This document shows positions 62,290-64,000 of a stretch of 64,000 bases of DNA, one piece after another. How positions within the stretch are numbered: the first letter of the stretch is position 1; each line of letters begins with the position of its first letter. Where the stretch lies: positions 30,382,001 through 30,446,000 of the forward strand of contig NC_058383.1 of assembly GCF_018350175.1 (NCBI RefSeq), read 5' to 3'. This stretch comes from Felis catus (taxonomy: Eukaryota). The notes beneath the pieces are model-generated. The model searched no databases and was not told the origin of the DNA. It saw only the letters and a list, made by a program, of their open reading frames with translations. The translations under genes were made by a program, and so were the position numbers.

Positions 62290-63330
62290 AATAAGAATTA
62301 GAGATAGGTAGGCTGCAGGGCACCAGTGGGGTTTGAAGGAAGGAGAGGCCAGGTCTCTGAAGGGGCGTAAGAAACAGCTACAGAGAAGATATGCATGAGC
62401 AAAGGGCTGGAGTTTCAGTGGGTAGATCAGTGTGAGTGGGGAAGAGCTGAGAGTGGGGAAGCATCCAGAGGGGGGCAAGTCAAGATGATGGGCCCTAGTG
62501 CCATATTTAAAAGCTTGGGCTCCCACCCTAAAGCAATGTAAGGATTTCAAAGTTTTGAGCCATGAAGACGTATGATGTTATTGGGATAGATCCCTCTGGC
62601 AGCAGTGGGGATATAAATTGGAAGGAGGCAAGAACAAAGACAGGGAGACCCATATGGTGGCCACAGCAGTACATACAGGCCAGAGCTACAGAGCACTTCT
62701 GCTGGGCAGGTGGAAAACAAGAGATATGCCAGATGTGGGACCCCACTGGACTGGAGACCTGTTGGGTGCAGGGGGTACGGGAAGAGGGCAGAGCCTAGGG
62801 TGAGCCTCCCTCCTCTGGTTTGGAGAACCAGGTAGTGGGAAGAGCCACCTGCTGAGATCCCTCACGCAGGAGGATGGGCTGGTCTGTAGCAAAGAGGATG
62901 AATTTCCCTTCGGACGTCTAATCAAGAATACATCGGGCTGCATGAGTCTAGATCTCAAGAGGGACTTCAGGGTGGAAGACAGACATTCTCCAAGGGCAAG
63001 AACTGGATCTGTGCTGTTCATCACATTCTCTCCAGCATCTAGAAGGGCGTGGCCCATGAACAGTTCTCCGTGGGTCCCCGTTGATTGAATGGCAGAATGA
63101 AGCCAGGTAGTGCTCAGTGGTGTGGACAGGATCCTGAGACAGCAGGTGTGCAGAAGGCATGGAAGGTGAGAAAAAAGAGAGCTAAAGACATCTGCAGATT
63201 GGGACAGGTGGGAGAAGGGTAGCCCGAGCTGTGTGGGCTGGGTGGTGGAAGGAAGGGAAGCAGAGGAGAAAGTGGAGCGTGAAAAGCAAGGGAGGGGTGA
63301 GTTTCAAAGATCAGAGAGCGGCCAGTGGAG
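62290..63330 (-). mobile_element. L2 fragments
   Basis: gaaggccaggtctct..gcatgagcaaagggctgg...ggattt..ttttgagc...ggatgaatttcccttcggac...gagtttcaaag..gtggag. Confidence 0.55.
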
Positions 63331-64000
63331 GTGCCTCAGATATGGTGATGGGTGCCTACGTCCCCCTAATGAAGGCAGGTTCTTGATCCCTTCACCAAGG
63401 GTCTCCTACCACTCATTTCCTCATTTCTTCCCTCCTGTGTGCACCCCACAAGTATTCACGGAACAGCTCTCACAAACCAGGCAATGTGCAAGGGGCTGGC
63501 AATACAATAATGGACAAGACAGATAAAAATGATGAATGAATAAATGAATGAATGAACGAACGAATGAATCAAGTCCCCTAGTGACTTACAAAGTCCTTGA
63601 GGACAGAACTCTGAGTCATGCTTCACTGGCATCGTCTCTGCCCTCAGCCACAAGTTGGAAAGACAGAGAAAGTGCTCGATAAATATTGACCCAGTGTCAC
63701 GGGCTGACTGTGATGTTGATAGGTAACAGGGAGCGAGAACTTTCTCCTCCCCCCACCCCCACCCCCACCCGCACCAGACTCTCTGTCACTGCTGATGGCT
63801 TGTGGTTTGACCTCTCCCATTCTAGGCTGAGAAAACAAGCCAGAGGACAGGTGCTCAGACCAGACACACCCACCAGGCTGCTGAGGTCACTCTCGCCCCT
63901 TCCTTTGGGGGAGGAAGGAAAGAGTCTGGCAGGTTTATTTTCCTTTCCTTCCAATGATGCAAATGCTCAAATGTGAGTCTCTTCTTCACACAGATGATAT

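Noticed and set aside
1..64000. Naming the locus or neighbouring gene
   Set aside because: No exon or sequence I can recognise with certainty; this needs alignment of the unique islands to a reference genome.

Overview
Non-coding mammalian genomic DNA from a felid (cat-family) genome. The assignment rests on 23 tRNA-derived CAN-SINE/SINEC_Fc-type elements and a felid/carnivore-type L1 3' end. I find no credible protein-coding gene, RNA gene or CRISPR array. The long ORFs in the track are repeat-derived or low-complexity; only L1 ORF1/ORF2 remnants translate to recognisable protein. The window is a mosaic of ancient eutherian repeats (MIR, L2, MLT1/MaLR and ERVL LTRs, MER20/MER5/MER53/MER58/MER81/MER102 hAT elements, a Tigger) overlaid with younger SINEs, many nested and with readable target-site duplications (TSDs). 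Several repeat-free islands rich in homeodomain/SOX/FOX/TCF-type motifs sit between them, a pattern I infer to be a developmental gene desert or large intron. The most unusual items are: a 26-bp SINE head with no tail but its own TSD (50.7 kb); an RFX + double-CCAAT module (13.3 kb); a degenerate GATTCT array (59.7 kb); templated micro-rearrangements in SINEs; and candidate enhancer islands. I see no evidence for a new biological system. Repeat subfamily names come from recalled consensus sequences and boundaries are approximate.
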